This document shows, in pieces, positions 19,861-30,001 of a stretch of 64,000 nt of DNA (within the stretch, counting starts at the first letter, position 1; each line of letters opens with the position of its first letter). The notes beneath the pieces were generated by a model, which was not told where the DNA came from, made no database searches, and saw nothing but the letters and a program-made list of their open reading frames with translations. Location: positions 1 to 64,000 of the forward strand of contig JBHLKM010000003.1 in the NCBI GenBank assembly GCA_048886685.1, read 5' to 3'. A program made the translations under genes and the position numbers. The DNA comes from Candidatus Hodarchaeota archaeon. Lineage in GTDB: Archaea > Asgardarchaeota > Lokiarchaeia > Sigyniarchaeales > SOKP01.

Positions 19861-19950
19861 GTTTACCGGTAAAAACTTAGTTCTACCGGCAAAAACTTAG
19901 TTCTACCAGTAAAAACTTAGATCTAACCGTATCTAACAGTAAAAGCTTAT
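19861..19950. repeat. 20-bp intergenic tandem repeat (3 near-perfect copies plus degenerate copies)
   Basis: GTTTACCGGTAAAAACTTAG / TTCTACCGGCAAAAACTTAG / TTCTACCAGTAAAAACTTAG, then half unit ATCTAACCGT and ATCTAACAGTAAAAGCTTAT. Confidence 0.9.
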
Positions 19951-19987
19951 CGTTATTTACAAAATTTTCGTAGATCCTTGCCATCAA

Positions 19988-21310
19988 TCATTTGAATTTG
20001 GGGAGAAACGCTTGTTGTATTTCGCTCATTTCATCAAAAATGTTTTCTGCCATTTCAAAACTACCTACATTCGGATCTATAGCTAAACTTGCTATTGCTA
20101 GGTCTTTAGATCTAGTTAAAACTGCCTCAACACACAAATCTTGTATTGTGGCTTCAATGTGAAGTAATGCTGCCATACTTTTTGGCAAAGCACCAATCTT
20201 AACCCCATGAACTCCATCTTTATTAACCATTGCTGAACATTCAAGTATTAAATCTTGAGGTAAATTTTCAATAATGCCATCATTCGGAACATTCACAGCA
20301 AATTCATAAGAATTACTATCATTAATTATTGCTTCTATTATAGGTATTGACCTCTCTCCAGAACGCCTTCCAAACAAAATAGTTTTCCTAGAGTATCTTT
20401 CCTTTTTAAATAACTTATAATTATATTTAAATCTTTCAGATACAACCTGTCCTATTCGATCCATGAAATCAATCCAATCTATCATATCCTGAGTTTTTGT
20501 AAATTCTGAACCTATTTGCAGAAACTCCCCTATATGGTTATCACCAACATAAGGAAAGTAACCAAATTTCTTAAAAAGTTCAAAGGTAAGTGTTGAAAAC
20601 TCAAATCTATTTTCATGCTTTCTGAAATAATTCAATGCTTTTTTATTAAACTTCGACATTAAGTCTTTTCCTGTAGACGAATCTTCAAGCCCTAAAAGGA
20701 ATGCAAAATGGTTGAGACCCCCTAATTTCATCTTTAGATTTTTCATTGGTTTATTGAACATTCTAGGCAAGTGGCGTACCATAAAGGCAACTTGATGGCA
20801 TAAACCAATAAATTTTAAATTTTCTACACTTCTATTTATCGCTAAACAAACTCGGGATAAAGGATTAGAAAAATTTATGAAGAATGCCTTTGGACAGATT
20901 CTTTCAGCATCTTTTACAATATCAATTATTGGTGGTATAATTCGCCATGCATGAAATGACCCTCCTGGACCTCCACACTCACCCAAAATCTGAGGTGAAC
21001 CATATTTTCTTGGGATTTCATAATCTTGTCTCCATAATTTGTAGCGTTCACCTACTTCTATAGAATTAATTATAAAATCTGCATCTTTAAAAGCCGTTGC
21101 TCTATTAGTCGTTCGTTCAATATTAATCCGATTATTTAATCGCTCATTTTCAACCATTAATAGATCATAAATCAATTCTAATTTTTCTTTGTTTATATCA
21201 TGAAGTACGACTGTAGAACCTTCTAAAACATCACTATAAAAAATATCATTCATACTAGCAGTACCAAATGAAACTGAACCAGCACCTACCAACACAATCT
21301 TCTTATTCAT
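19988..21310 (-). CDS. Glycoside hydrolase family 4 (NAD+/Mn2+-dependent alpha-galactosidase/alpha-glucosidase-like)
   Basis: KIVLVGAGS Rossmann start, GECGGPGG, NFSNP, GLCH, GLNH. Start moved to ATG 21310 because the longer ORF-track N-terminus looks like read-through of promoter sequence. Confidence 0.9.
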   Translation of the reverse strand: MNKKIVLVGAGSVSFGTASMNDIFYSDVLEGSTVVLHDINKEKLELIYDLLMVENERLNNRINIERTTNRATAFKDADFIINSIEVGERYKLWRQDYEIPRKYGSPQILGECGGPGGSFHAWRIIPPIIDIVKDAERICPKAFFINFSNPLSRVCLAINRSVENLKFIGLCHQVAFMVRHLPRMFNKPMKNLKMKLGGLNHFAFLLGLEDSSTGKDLMSKFNKKALNYFRKHENRFEFSTLTFELFKKFGYFPYVGDNHIGEFLQIGSEFTKTQDMIDWIDFMDRIGQVVSERFKYNYKLFKKERYSRKTILFGRRSGERSIPIIEAIINDSNSYEFAVNVPNDGIIENLPQDLILECSAMVNKDGVHGVKIGALPKSMAALLHIEATIQDLCVEAVLTRSKDLAIASLAIDPNVGSFEMAENIFDEMSEIQQAFLPKFK

Positions 21311-21958
21311 GTTCAAAATCTCAAGTTTAGTGCTATTGAAGTAATCATTTAAATAAAAACTATTTCGATTAAAAAAATTGTTATTAGGTCTCTTCCTATG
21401 GTTCCCTTTTACTTCATTGTCAGTTTTGCTCAAAATTCAATAACAAATGGGAAATTCATGGGTAAAGTTTAAATATAACATTTAACATCTTTTTATTAAT
21501 GAGTTTTTCACATAATACTATGGATTATTGGTGTGGCTTTACATTATCCGTAAAACCGGTATTCATCCGTAGTATTATTAAGAGAGAATAAATCTTTCTG
21601 ACCTCTTTCTTATAATTTTTACTGATTTGTTCTCTTTTAAAACTACATCTCATAAAATTTACTAGAAATTGGTCAAGGTAAGATATTATTTTCCAGTGAG
21701 GAACTAAATTAAATATGGAGGTGGAAACTACTGGAAAAGGAATCAGACGAGATGGATCTGATATTGGATTATTATAAAGATTGGGATTCGGAGAAAGCTC
21801 CAGTTATGATGATGTTTAAGGGATTAGATGGATCTGCTGAATCTCTTCAAGCTCAGGATGAAAAAAAATTGGGATATCTCAGGAAAAAATATTCCAAATC
21901 TTCTGGATAAGAATCCCGTTCAGAAATATTATATATATCTTTTCTTTTTTAGCAGATT

Positions 21959-23155
21959 TTAGTTTAATAATTTATTAATTCTTTCTAATGCTTCCTCAAT
22001 TCGTTCAATTGGTTGAGTTAAAGCAAATCTTACAAATCCTTCTCCATGTTCCCCAAATCCAGTTCCAGGCGTAACTATTACTCCAATATCAATTAATTTT
22101 TTAGTAAAATCCATACAAGACATCTCACAATACTTTTCAGGAATTTGGGTCCACACATAAAATGTTGCTTTAGGTAAATCAGTTTCCCACCCTATCTTTT
22201 TCAAACCTTTAACAAGTGCATTTCTACGTTTTTCATATATTTCTATATTCTTTGCAATAAGATCGGGCTTTTTTTGAGACTCGTATAACTCCAGGCCTTT
22301 AGCTACTGCTTTCTGAATAAAAATTGGACCACCAGAGTCGATTTGAGACTTAACTTTCCTTAATCCTTTGATAATTTCGGAATTTCCTGCAGCCCAACCA
22401 CACCGGAATCCTGTCATGTTAAACATTTTTGAAGCACTATTTATTTCAACATGCTCATTAGTTAATTGTAATATACTTGGAGCAATATAATCTTCAAAAG
22501 TAAATTCTGAATAAGGATTGTCATATATTATAACAAAATTATAATCTTCTGCGTAATCTACAGCTTTTTTCAAAAATTCTACAGGTGCAACTGCCCCAGT
22601 TGGATTATTTGGGTAATTTAAATACATCATTTTAGCTTTTTTAAGTATTTTTGAGGCAACACCATCCAAATCTGGTAGGAAATTATTTTCTTTTTTTAAA
22701 GGCAGCAAATATGGTTCTCCATCACATAATTTTGTTGCTCCATTCACATATACAGGATACCCTGGATTAGGACATAAGACAATATCACCAGGATTAACAA
22801 ATACTCGTGCGATATTAGCAACACCCTCTTTCCCACCATTTACGTGTGAAACTTCAGTTTCAGGATCCAAGTCCACTCCATATCTTACTTTGTTCCATTT
22901 AGCAACTGCTTCCCTATAAAATCCTTCTCCCATACTGGAAGGATAATTTTGATTATTTGGAACCTTTGCTTGCTCATTCATTTCTTTAACGATTAAATCA
23001 GGAGTAGTCAAATCAGGATCTCCAATTCCTAAAGGGATAAAATCAATTCCTTTTTTCCTCCCATCTGCTATTAATTGCTCTATCTCAACAAAAATGTACT
23101 TTGGCAATCTCTTTACTCTTTCAGCATATTCCCGTGTAATTTGAAACACCATCAA
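21959..23155 (-). CDS. dapL: LL-diaminopimelate aminotransferase-like PLP class I aminotransferase
   Basis: LGIGDPD, GGKEG, NYPNNPTGA, DNPY, SASKMFNMTGFRCG (PLP lysine), KSQIDSG, TPGTGFG..GEGFVRFAL. Confidence 0.8.
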   Translation of the reverse strand: MMVFQITREYAERVKRLPKYIFVEIEQLIADGRKKGIDFIPLGIGDPDLTTPDLIVKEMNEQAKVPNNQNYPSSMGEGFYREAVAKWNKVRYGVDLDPETEVSHVNGGKEGVANIARVFVNPGDIVLCPNPGYPVYVNGATKLCDGEPYLLPLKKENNFLPDLDGVASKILKKAKMMYLNYPNNPTGAVAPVEFLKKAVDYAEDYNFVIIYDNPYSEFTFEDYIAPSILQLTNEHVEINSASKMFNMTGFRCGWAAGNSEIIKGLRKVKSQIDSGGPIFIQKAVAKGLELYESQKKPDLIAKNIEIYEKRRNALVKGLKKIGWETDLPKATFYVWTQIPEKYCEMSCMDFTKKLIDIGVIVTPGTGFGEHGEGFVRFALTQPIERIEEALERINKLLN

Positions 23156-23624
23156 TTAAAATTTAGGTTATGAAATATGTAGAATTAAATACTTTCAAAA
23201 AATTTAAAATTTTTTAGTTTAGCTCCTGTTGATCAAAACAATATAAAAAATGAGAAAAATATTCTTAAATTAGTATTGTTTTTTGCTTTTGGAGCACCTG
23301 TTTATAGGTATTAATTCTTTTTTCTATATTACTCAGGTAAAATGATTCAGTTTGATTTCTAAGTTTTTGCAATACAAATTCTAATACTTTTATGGAATTT
23401 TGTAATATAATTATTCTTTCTTGAAGATCACTCATTAATAATTTATCACTTATCCCTTATTCTATTAATTTGTATTAAATAGATTTAGCTTTAAAATTAA
23501 TAGAGACATATTCTTTTGTGGATTTGTGCTAAATTGTCTATGATCTTATGAATTTCTCTCGAAATTTAATTAAATTATGTAGCTTTTAATCAATTAACTT
23601 TAAATTAGTAAGTTAGGGATATGA

Positions 23625-24716
23625 ATGACTGAAAAATTATGGGATAAAGTAGCAAGGAATATTGTTAATGCGGGAGTATTTCCTGTCCCTGTCAGCGAAA
23701 ATTTGATAGTATTACTCCAAGAACTAATAACTGAAGAACAAGCAAAATTCTTATTGATATTCAAAAAACCCTCAATGACACTCGAACAAATTAAGCAGAA
23801 AATTGAAATGGATGAAAAATCAATCCTTCAAATGCTCGATACTTTAATGTACAACGGAATAATTATCGGTGCAATGAGTAGGAGTGCAAAAGTGATGGTT
23901 TACAGGCTCATGGGTCCATTTCCGGGTATATTTGAATATACAAATTTAAGAGGAGAGACAGATGAAAAACACCTAAAATTAGCGAAATTATTCGACAAGA
24001 TTTTTTCAGAAAGAACTAAGCTAACAGCAGAAAGTTACGAAAAAATGAAAAATGCCTTTAAAGCTCTACCTCCCACTGATAGAACGATACCAGTTGAAAA
24101 GCACGTAGAAATAGGAACTGAGACTGTAATACCTTTTGAAAATATTAAGCAATATGTTGAGGAATATGATGATATTGCTGTTGCTCATTGTTATTGTCGA
24201 CACCATAAAGATCTTGTAGATGATCCTTGTAAATTGGGTGCATCGAAAAATAATTGTTTTCTTTTTGATAAAAGTGCTGTATTTGCTATTGAAAAGAACT
24301 TTGGACGTCGAGTTTCGAAAGAGGAGGCGATTAAAATTTTTAGAGAAGCAGAGGATCAAGGATTAGTTCATAAGGTGTTCCATGTTCACTCTGATACTAA
24401 TCGAGGGATAGAGGCAATTTGTAATTGCTGTAAGTGTTGTTGTGGAATAATAGGAATGTATAGAGGTGGAGCAATGCCATTACATACTGTATCTTCTTAT
24501 ATTGCTGAAGTAGATGAAGAATTATGTGTAGGATGTGCAACTTGCTTAGAAACATGCCCAATGGAAACGATTTATTCTGAAAATAATAAAGCTATCGTTG
24601 ATCCAGAAAAATGCATTGGATGTGGAGTATGTGCTCACATTTGTCCTGAAGAAGCAATACATTTAAAAAGAACGGGTCCAAGAGATGTGCTAATTCCTCC
24701 TAAAATTGCTCAGTAA
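23625..24716 (+). CDS. Fe-S protein: N-terminal HTH-like region, Cys-rich core and C-terminal 2x[4Fe-4S] ferredoxin domain
   Basis: CYCR...C...C, ICNCCKCCCG, then CVGCATCLETCP and CIGCGVCAHICP. Confidence 0.85.
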   Translation: MTEKLWDKVARNIVNAGVFPVPVSENLIVLLQELITEEQAKFLLIFKKPSMTLEQIKQKIEMDEKSILQMLDTLMYNGIIIGAMSRSAKVMVYRLMGPFPGIFEYTNLRGETDEKHLKLAKLFDKIFSERTKLTAESYEKMKNAFKALPPTDRTIPVEKHVEIGTETVIPFENIKQYVEEYDDIAVAHCYCRHHKDLVDDPCKLGASKNNCFLFDKSAVFAIEKNFGRRVSKEEAIKIFREAEDQGLVHKVFHVHSDTNRGIEAICNCCKCCCGIIGMYRGGAMPLHTVSSYIAEVDEELCVGCATCLETCPMETIYSENNKAIVDPEKCIGCGVCAHICPEEAIHLKRTGPRDVLIPPKIAQ

Positions 24717-24928
24717 TATAGATTTTATGGATAATATAATTATTTATTAAACCGATGGTTTTTGCGAAGAATTTACCTTTTCATTCTAATTTCAACGGAA
24801 ATTAGGATATAAATTTTCGAAAGTTGTGAGGAGAACTATTCGTCTCCTAATAAAAATCATAAATCTTAAATACTAAATCATTCCAATTTTATTACAATAC
24901 AAAATATAAAAATCTTGATGAATTCAGA

Positions 24929-26848
24929 GTGAAATCGAATTTAAAATCAAAAATATTGATTTTAATCATTTTAGGGATACTCTTTGCTTTCTCGCCAATT
25001 TTTATAAATAATCTAAGATTTACTGCCGGAGATCGCAATATAACTTCGAACTGCATTGATGACTTCGATCATAATAATTTACAAATTTCCCCTACTTCAG
25101 GAAAAATATATATAAATGGCAATTCTGGTTGGCTTGATTTTAGTAATGCAGGAAATTGTACAGGGACTGGTACGTATGATGATCCATACGTAATAGAAGA
25201 TTTAATAATAGATGCTGAAGAAAAGGGAGATTGTATTTATATTGGAAATTCAAATGTGCACTTTGTAATTAGAAATTGCACTCTAACTAATGCTGGTCCA
25301 AATTCGGTTAATGGGGGAGTAAAATTGGAAAATTGCGAAAACGGTGTCTTAATAAATAATACTTTTTCATTTAATCTAGGGATGTCAACCGCTGGGATTC
25401 AATTATTAGATAGCATTGATATCACTATTTCTGAAAATAAAATAATTAGTAATGAATATGGCATTTATTGCCATAGTAACTATGTTACAATTTCAGAAAA
25501 TGATTTCCGTGATAATAACGTAGGTATGAGGATTTACAGTAGTTCCTTAAATAGAATTTCAAATAATAATGTAACAAATAGTCATTTGGAGGGTATTTTC
25601 ATATATAAAGGCGCTGGGCACAATATTGTAGAAAATCATGTTTTAAATAATAGAGGTGGAATTTCCTTACTTGAAACTAACGATAACAATATCTTAAGAA
25701 ATACTGTAATGAATAATAGAGGGAATGGTATTGGTTTAATAAAAAGTAATACTAACCGGATATCAGCAAATACGATAAATAACAATGTAAATGGGATAAT
25801 GTTAAGTGAATCCTGTAGTAACAACATTATTGAGATGAACCAAATATACAATGCCGGCAAATTTGGAATACTGTTAAAAAAAACCGGCATTTTTAATTGG
25901 ATTTGGGGTAATATTATAGACAAATGTGGATTAGGTTTAGAGGGTTCTTTTAACCAAATCTCTACGCATTATATTGGTTCTTCAAATTTAGTAAATGCTA
26001 AACCTCTTTATTATTATGTTAATGCGTCAGGTTTAGATACAAGTAATTTCTTAAATGCTGGACAAGTAATATTGGTCAACTGTAGGGATTCAATCATTGC
26101 AAGCTTAGCTATGGATAGATGCTCTCGAGGAATCGCAATACACTTTTCTCATAAGATAACGATAATTAATAATATTGTAACATTAAATTCTGAAGAAGGG
26201 ATTTATCTGCAAAACAGCAGTGAAAATATTATTATTAGGAATCTTATTTATAGAAATAAAATCGGGATTAAATTCGATTTTAACTGCAATTACAACAACA
26301 TAATTGATAATACAGTAAATGAGAATAGATATTTCGGGATACTATTATATTTTTATTGTACTCACAACACAATATCAAACAATGGAGTAAATAAGAATAT
26401 TTATCGAGGAATTAATATAGTTTTCAGTAATATGAACATAATTAAAGAAAACATTGTAAAAGATAATGGCAATCAGGGAATCAAATTAGAATTTAGCGAT
26501 CTAAACGATGTTGCCAGTAATATTGTTGATCGTACTAATGGTACAGGTATCAATTTAGTTTATTCTGATTCCAATCAAATTTATAATAATATTGTGAATC
26601 ATAATATAATTGGAATAGAATTGTATTCTAGCGATACGAACATAATAAATTTTAACATTTTAAATGGCAATAATCATTGTATAACTGAATGGGAGTGTGA
26701 AAATAATACAATTTTAGGTAATTTCTGTTCAACTTATAAAATATTCATCGGTTTTGAATTTGGGACCTTATTTTTCACTGGTTTATTTTGCATTATATCA
26801 ATAACTTTAATTAGGGAAAAAAAGAAAATAAAAACTATTGGTGTTTGA
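24929..26848 (+). CDS. Cell-surface parallel beta-helix (NosD/CASH-like) protein
   Basis: N-terminal signal/TM segment, GTGTYDDPYVIE, many ~22-23-aa GI.L..S..N.I..N repeats, C-terminal TM plus KKK tail. Confidence 0.88.
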   Translation: MKSNLKSKILILIILGILFAFSPIFINNLRFTAGDRNITSNCIDDFDHNNLQISPTSGKIYINGNSGWLDFSNAGNCTGTGTYDDPYVIEDLIIDAEEKGDCIYIGNSNVHFVIRNCTLTNAGPNSVNGGVKLENCENGVLINNTFSFNLGMSTAGIQLLDSIDITISENKIISNEYGIYCHSNYVTISENDFRDNNVGMRIYSSSLNRISNNNVTNSHLEGIFIYKGAGHNIVENHVLNNRGGISLLETNDNNILRNTVMNNRGNGIGLIKSNTNRISANTINNNVNGIMLSESCSNNIIEMNQIYNAGKFGILLKKTGIFNWIWGNIIDKCGLGLEGSFNQISTHYIGSSNLVNAKPLYYYVNASGLDTSNFLNAGQVILVNCRDSIIASLAMDRCSRGIAIHFSHKITIINNIVTLNSEEGIYLQNSSENIIIRNLIYRNKIGIKFDFNCNYNNIIDNTVNENRYFGILLYFYCTHNTISNNGVNKNIYRGINIVFSNMNIIKENIVKDNGNQGIKLEFSDLNDVASNIVDRTNGTGINLVYSDSNQIYNNIVNHNIIGIELYSSDTNIINFNILNGNNHCITEWECENNTILGNFCSTYKIFIGFEFGTLFFTGLFCIISITLIREKKKIKTIGV

Positions 26849-26973
26849 TGCCTTTCTACATCTTAAGTATCTATACTCTTTACTATTCTTGAGGAAAATA
26901 TGGAAATTTAAGTAATATTATAGAGAATATCTTTAATTTTAAATGAAATTAATAATTATTCTGAATTTTCATG

Positions 26974-26992
26974 GAATTCAGACACTGAATTC
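26974..26992. promoter_or_regulatory. Perfect 8-3-8 palindrome upstream of crotonase gene, candidate operator
   Basis: GAATTCAG-ACA-CTGAATTC, ~105 bp upstream of ATG 27098. Confidence 0.4.
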
Positions 26993-27097
26993 TCTATTTG
27001 AGACTTATTTATATTACTGAAGAATATTTTTATTTCAATTTACTTTAATTCCTTTAATTATTAGAATTGAATTAAATCAATAATTATATGTGAAAAA

Positions 27098-27925
27098 ATG
27101 AGTGAAAAAAATTTTGTTTTAGTTGAAGAAAATGAAGACCAAACTATTACTACTATTAAATTGAATCGTTTAGAGAAAAGAAACGCTTTAAATTGGGATC
27201 TCATATACGGATTAGAAGATGCAATTGAAAAGGCAGAACAATCGAAGACTCGAGTTGTTATCATTACTGGAGCTAGTGATTACTTTAGTGCTGGAATTGA
27301 CTTAAATACTCTGTCAGGACAAGACAGTTCTGGAGAGCAGAGAGGTGCGGATCTCAATACACCTCCCCATTTTAGATATCATTTAAATACTCGATTCCAC
27401 CCATTAGTTGTAAAAATTGGAAAAATAGAAAAACCATTTATAGCAAGAATTGAGGGATTTTGCTTGGGTATGGCCTTTGAGTTAGCTCTTGCCTGTGATT
27501 TTAGATTTTGTACAGAGAATGCCAGCTTTAGTATGCCAGAAGTTAAGGTGGGTATAATTCCGGATGTATCAGGTACAACTAGACTTACCCGTCTATGCGG
27601 GATATCACATGCCAAAGATATAGCATTAACGGGAAGGACATTTGATGGTATAGAAGCATTTAGAATGGGTGTTGTGAACGGTATCGCTAAGGATAGGGAA
27701 GGCTTAGACTCACTAGTGAAAAAATATGCAGATGAATTGATTGGAAGCGCCCCACTTGCTGTTGGGATGGGTAAAAGGTTAATCGATTCTATTTATGGTA
27801 AACATCTTGAATTTGGGTTGGAAATGGAAGGACTGGTAAACTCACAATTATTAACTTCAAAAGATTTTATTAGTGGGGTAATGGCCAGGATTCAGAAGAA
27901 AAAACCTGAGTGGCAAGGAAAATAA
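27098..27925 (+). CDS. Enoyl-CoA hydratase/isomerase (crotonase) family protein
   Basis: LNRLEKRNAL, FSAGIDL, ELALACDFR, MPEVKVGIIPD. Confidence 0.92.
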   Translation: MSEKNFVLVEENEDQTITTIKLNRLEKRNALNWDLIYGLEDAIEKAEQSKTRVVIITGASDYFSAGIDLNTLSGQDSSGEQRGADLNTPPHFRYHLNTRFHPLVVKIGKIEKPFIARIEGFCLGMAFELALACDFRFCTENASFSMPEVKVGIIPDVSGTTRLTRLCGISHAKDIALTGRTFDGIEAFRMGVVNGIAKDREGLDSLVKKYADELIGSAPLAVGMGKRLIDSIYGKHLEFGLEMEGLVNSQLLTSKDFISGVMARIQKKKPEWQGK

Positions 27926-27971
27926 TTATTTAATCATTTTTTTTTATAATTTAAGCGAGGTTCCTTATTAG

Positions 27972-28868
27972 TTGGTAGTAAGAATTGATTATCATTGTAA
28001 TAATGAAATTCTAGAGTGGCAGTGGTCATCAGATAGCGAATTGATGAGGGAACCGTTCTTTACGTCTTGTTATTTAATCGATGGTCTTCTCATTGATTCT
28101 GGAGCTCCCGGGGGAGTCGATGACTTGCGAGCATTCGTGAGCTCATTAAATCCTAAAGATATGATTGAGAAATGTTTTATTACACATACTCATGAGGATC
28201 ATGCTGGAGGGGCCCTGTTATTAAATACAGAATTTGGAATTCCTATATACTCTAGTAAAGAAGCCATAGGGATTCTAAAATCTGGCAGAACTTATCCAGA
28301 TTATCGTCAAATGGCATGGGGGTCGAAATTATTACCCTTTGATGCGATTCCTATAGAAAAGTTCATAACCACGAGATCAGAAAAATACACTTTTGAACTA
28401 TTTCCTATGACTGGACATGCCCCAGAACTAATTGCTCTTATCGAGAGAGAAATGCAATGGGCATTTGTCGCAGATGCAGTACAACCAAAATACAAGATGA
28501 TTTTCGGTGGACATAGCGATATACAGGAAGATATTTCCTTAATTTATCAATCTATCCAAGAATTATATAGCTTTACTGAAGGCATGGATGATTTGCTAAT
28601 ATTTTCTGCGGGTAATGGTGTATTTCATGGCAGAGAATTTTTAATTGAGAAATTAAGTGAAATTAAACAAAAGCATAAACAAGTTTATGAAGTTTATAAA
28701 ACACTTCCAAAAAATCTATATTCTAAAAAGCAAATTATTAGAAAAGTATTAAAGCAAGTATATGGTAAAGAAAGTTTTATAGGCCAGATGACTCGAGGTG
28801 CCCTTTCAAGAAAAAATTTGATTGTCTCTCTACTTGATTGGCCAATAGATGAAAAATTAGATAAATAA
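27972..28868 (+). CDS. Metallo-beta-lactamase-fold hydrolase
   Basis: LLIDSG, THTHEDHAGG (HxHxDH), TGHA, ADA. Confidence 0.88.
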   Translation: MVVRIDYHCNNEILEWQWSSDSELMREPFFTSCYLIDGLLIDSGAPGGVDDLRAFVSSLNPKDMIEKCFITHTHEDHAGGALLLNTEFGIPIYSSKEAIGILKSGRTYPDYRQMAWGSKLLPFDAIPIEKFITTRSEKYTFELFPMTGHAPELIALIEREMQWAFVADAVQPKYKMIFGGHSDIQEDISLIYQSIQELYSFTEGMDDLLIFSAGNGVFHGREFLIEKLSEIKQKHKQVYEVYKTLPKNLYSKKQIIRKVLKQVYGKESFIGQMTRGALSRKNLIVSLLDWPIDEKLDK

Positions 28869-28970
28869 AACAAGTATCTATAAAAGATTTAAACTAAAAA
28901 AAAGCAGGTTATAAAATCAAATTTTATACATTTATTTTATTAAAGTTTTTAATTATCGTTTCACGTATTT

Positions 28971-28995
28971 GAGGGGGTTGAAGCTGAATCTCCTC
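28971..28995. terminator. GC-rich hairpin downstream of the MBL gene, possible terminator
   Basis: GAGGGGGTT-GAAGCTG-AATCTCCTC stem with G-U pairs in an AT-rich spacer. Confidence 0.3.
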
Positions 28996-29226
28996 CAAAA
29001 CCCACAACTTTTTCAATATTTCATCTCGTGAAATCTCTAATCTTATATCATAAGCAAGTTCTTTATCCGACACAATTGATTAATGAAATTACTTGTATTT
29101 AAATTCATGCTTAACAAAAAATAAGTACATAGATTAATTATTAACCCATTAACATAAGGTAGATTCATATATAACTAAAATTTGATTGAAGACTAATAAT
29201 TTAATCATAAATTTATAATACTTTTT

Positions 29227-29256
29227 AGAACTATATAGAACTATATATTCATATAG
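29227..29256 (+). promoter_or_regulatory. 10-bp direct repeats upstream of the pit operon (candidate phosphate-regulon box)
   Basis: AGAACTATAT AGAACTATAT ATTCATATAG; a related motif lies upstream of phoU. Confidence 0.5.
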
Positions 29257-29307
29257 CAGTCTGCTTAAATTTAATGGAATCAATATTTACATAGATAGTA
29301 ATCATTT

Positions 29308-29979
29308 TTGATTTATATGATAGAGATTGATGAAAAAGAACTTAGTAAACTGAATATTGATAAGCTAACTCGTCTATTTATGGATGTGATCAATGAGCAA
29401 AATTTAAAATTAATTGAAGGTATTGAATTTCTTGTAGAGGAAAATTTCGATGGTTTTGAAAAAAATTTACAGTATGTAATTGATACTAATTCAGAAGTTA
29501 GAATCAAGAAGAAATTTGAATCTAAGATATTTAAATCAAAATTAATGTTTTCAAAAGCAGATAGACTAAAACTCTTTAATAAGATAAATGATATTAAAAA
29601 TATCGGGGAATTCATGGCAAATAAAATGCTTCTTTACAAAGTGGTATTTCCCGATGAGAAATTTAAATTACAAATTCAAAGCATTCTCAAATCTTTAAAA
29701 TTAATTTCAAATGAAGTATCTGAAGCAGTTAAATCTATAGGGTCCGATTTAAGTAAAGCTCATGATATTTGTGAAAAAGTTAAAGATGGAAGGCGAGAAA
29801 TGAGAAAAGAAGAATGGCAACTATTAAACAGATTATATAATTACGATATGGATTATCTCAGTAGGACTTTTATTTATCTCAAAGAATTGATTGAAGATAT
29901 CATGATGCTAGCAGACCATATAAAAAACTTTTCTGAATATATCCAATTTTTAGCAACAAAATACCTTGTCTTCGATTAA
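29308..29979 (+). CDS. Divergent DUF47/PhoU-like phosphate transport regulator
   Basis: All-helical, two-repeat layout (DRLKLFNKINDI; LIEDIMMLADHIKNFSEYI); directly upstream of pit. Confidence 0.65.
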   Translation: MIYMIEIDEKELSKLNIDKLTRLFMDVINEQNLKLIEGIEFLVEENFDGFEKNLQYVIDTNSEVRIKKKFESKIFKSKLMFSKADRLKLFNKINDIKNIGEFMANKMLLYKVVFPDEKFKLQIQSILKSLKLISNEVSEAVKSIGSDLSKAHDICEKVKDGRREMRKEEWQLLNRLYNYDMDYLSRTFIYLKELIEDIMMLADHIKNFSEYIQFLATKYLVFD

Positions 29980-30001
29980 AAATAAGTATTTATGATTCGA
30001 T

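Noticed and set aside
19861-19950. CRISPR array
   Set aside because: The 20-bp units are head-to-tail with no unique spacers, and no cas genes are in the window.
21311-21433. 41-aa N-terminal extension on the GH4 enzyme
   Set aside because: Asn/Phe-rich translation of promoter-like sequence; GH4 proteins begin at the KI.lvGAGS strand.
24788-24850. Short hairpins AATTTC-AACG-GAAATT and AGGAGA-8 nt-TCTCCT
   Set aside because: Six-bp stems are expected by chance; at most a terminator.
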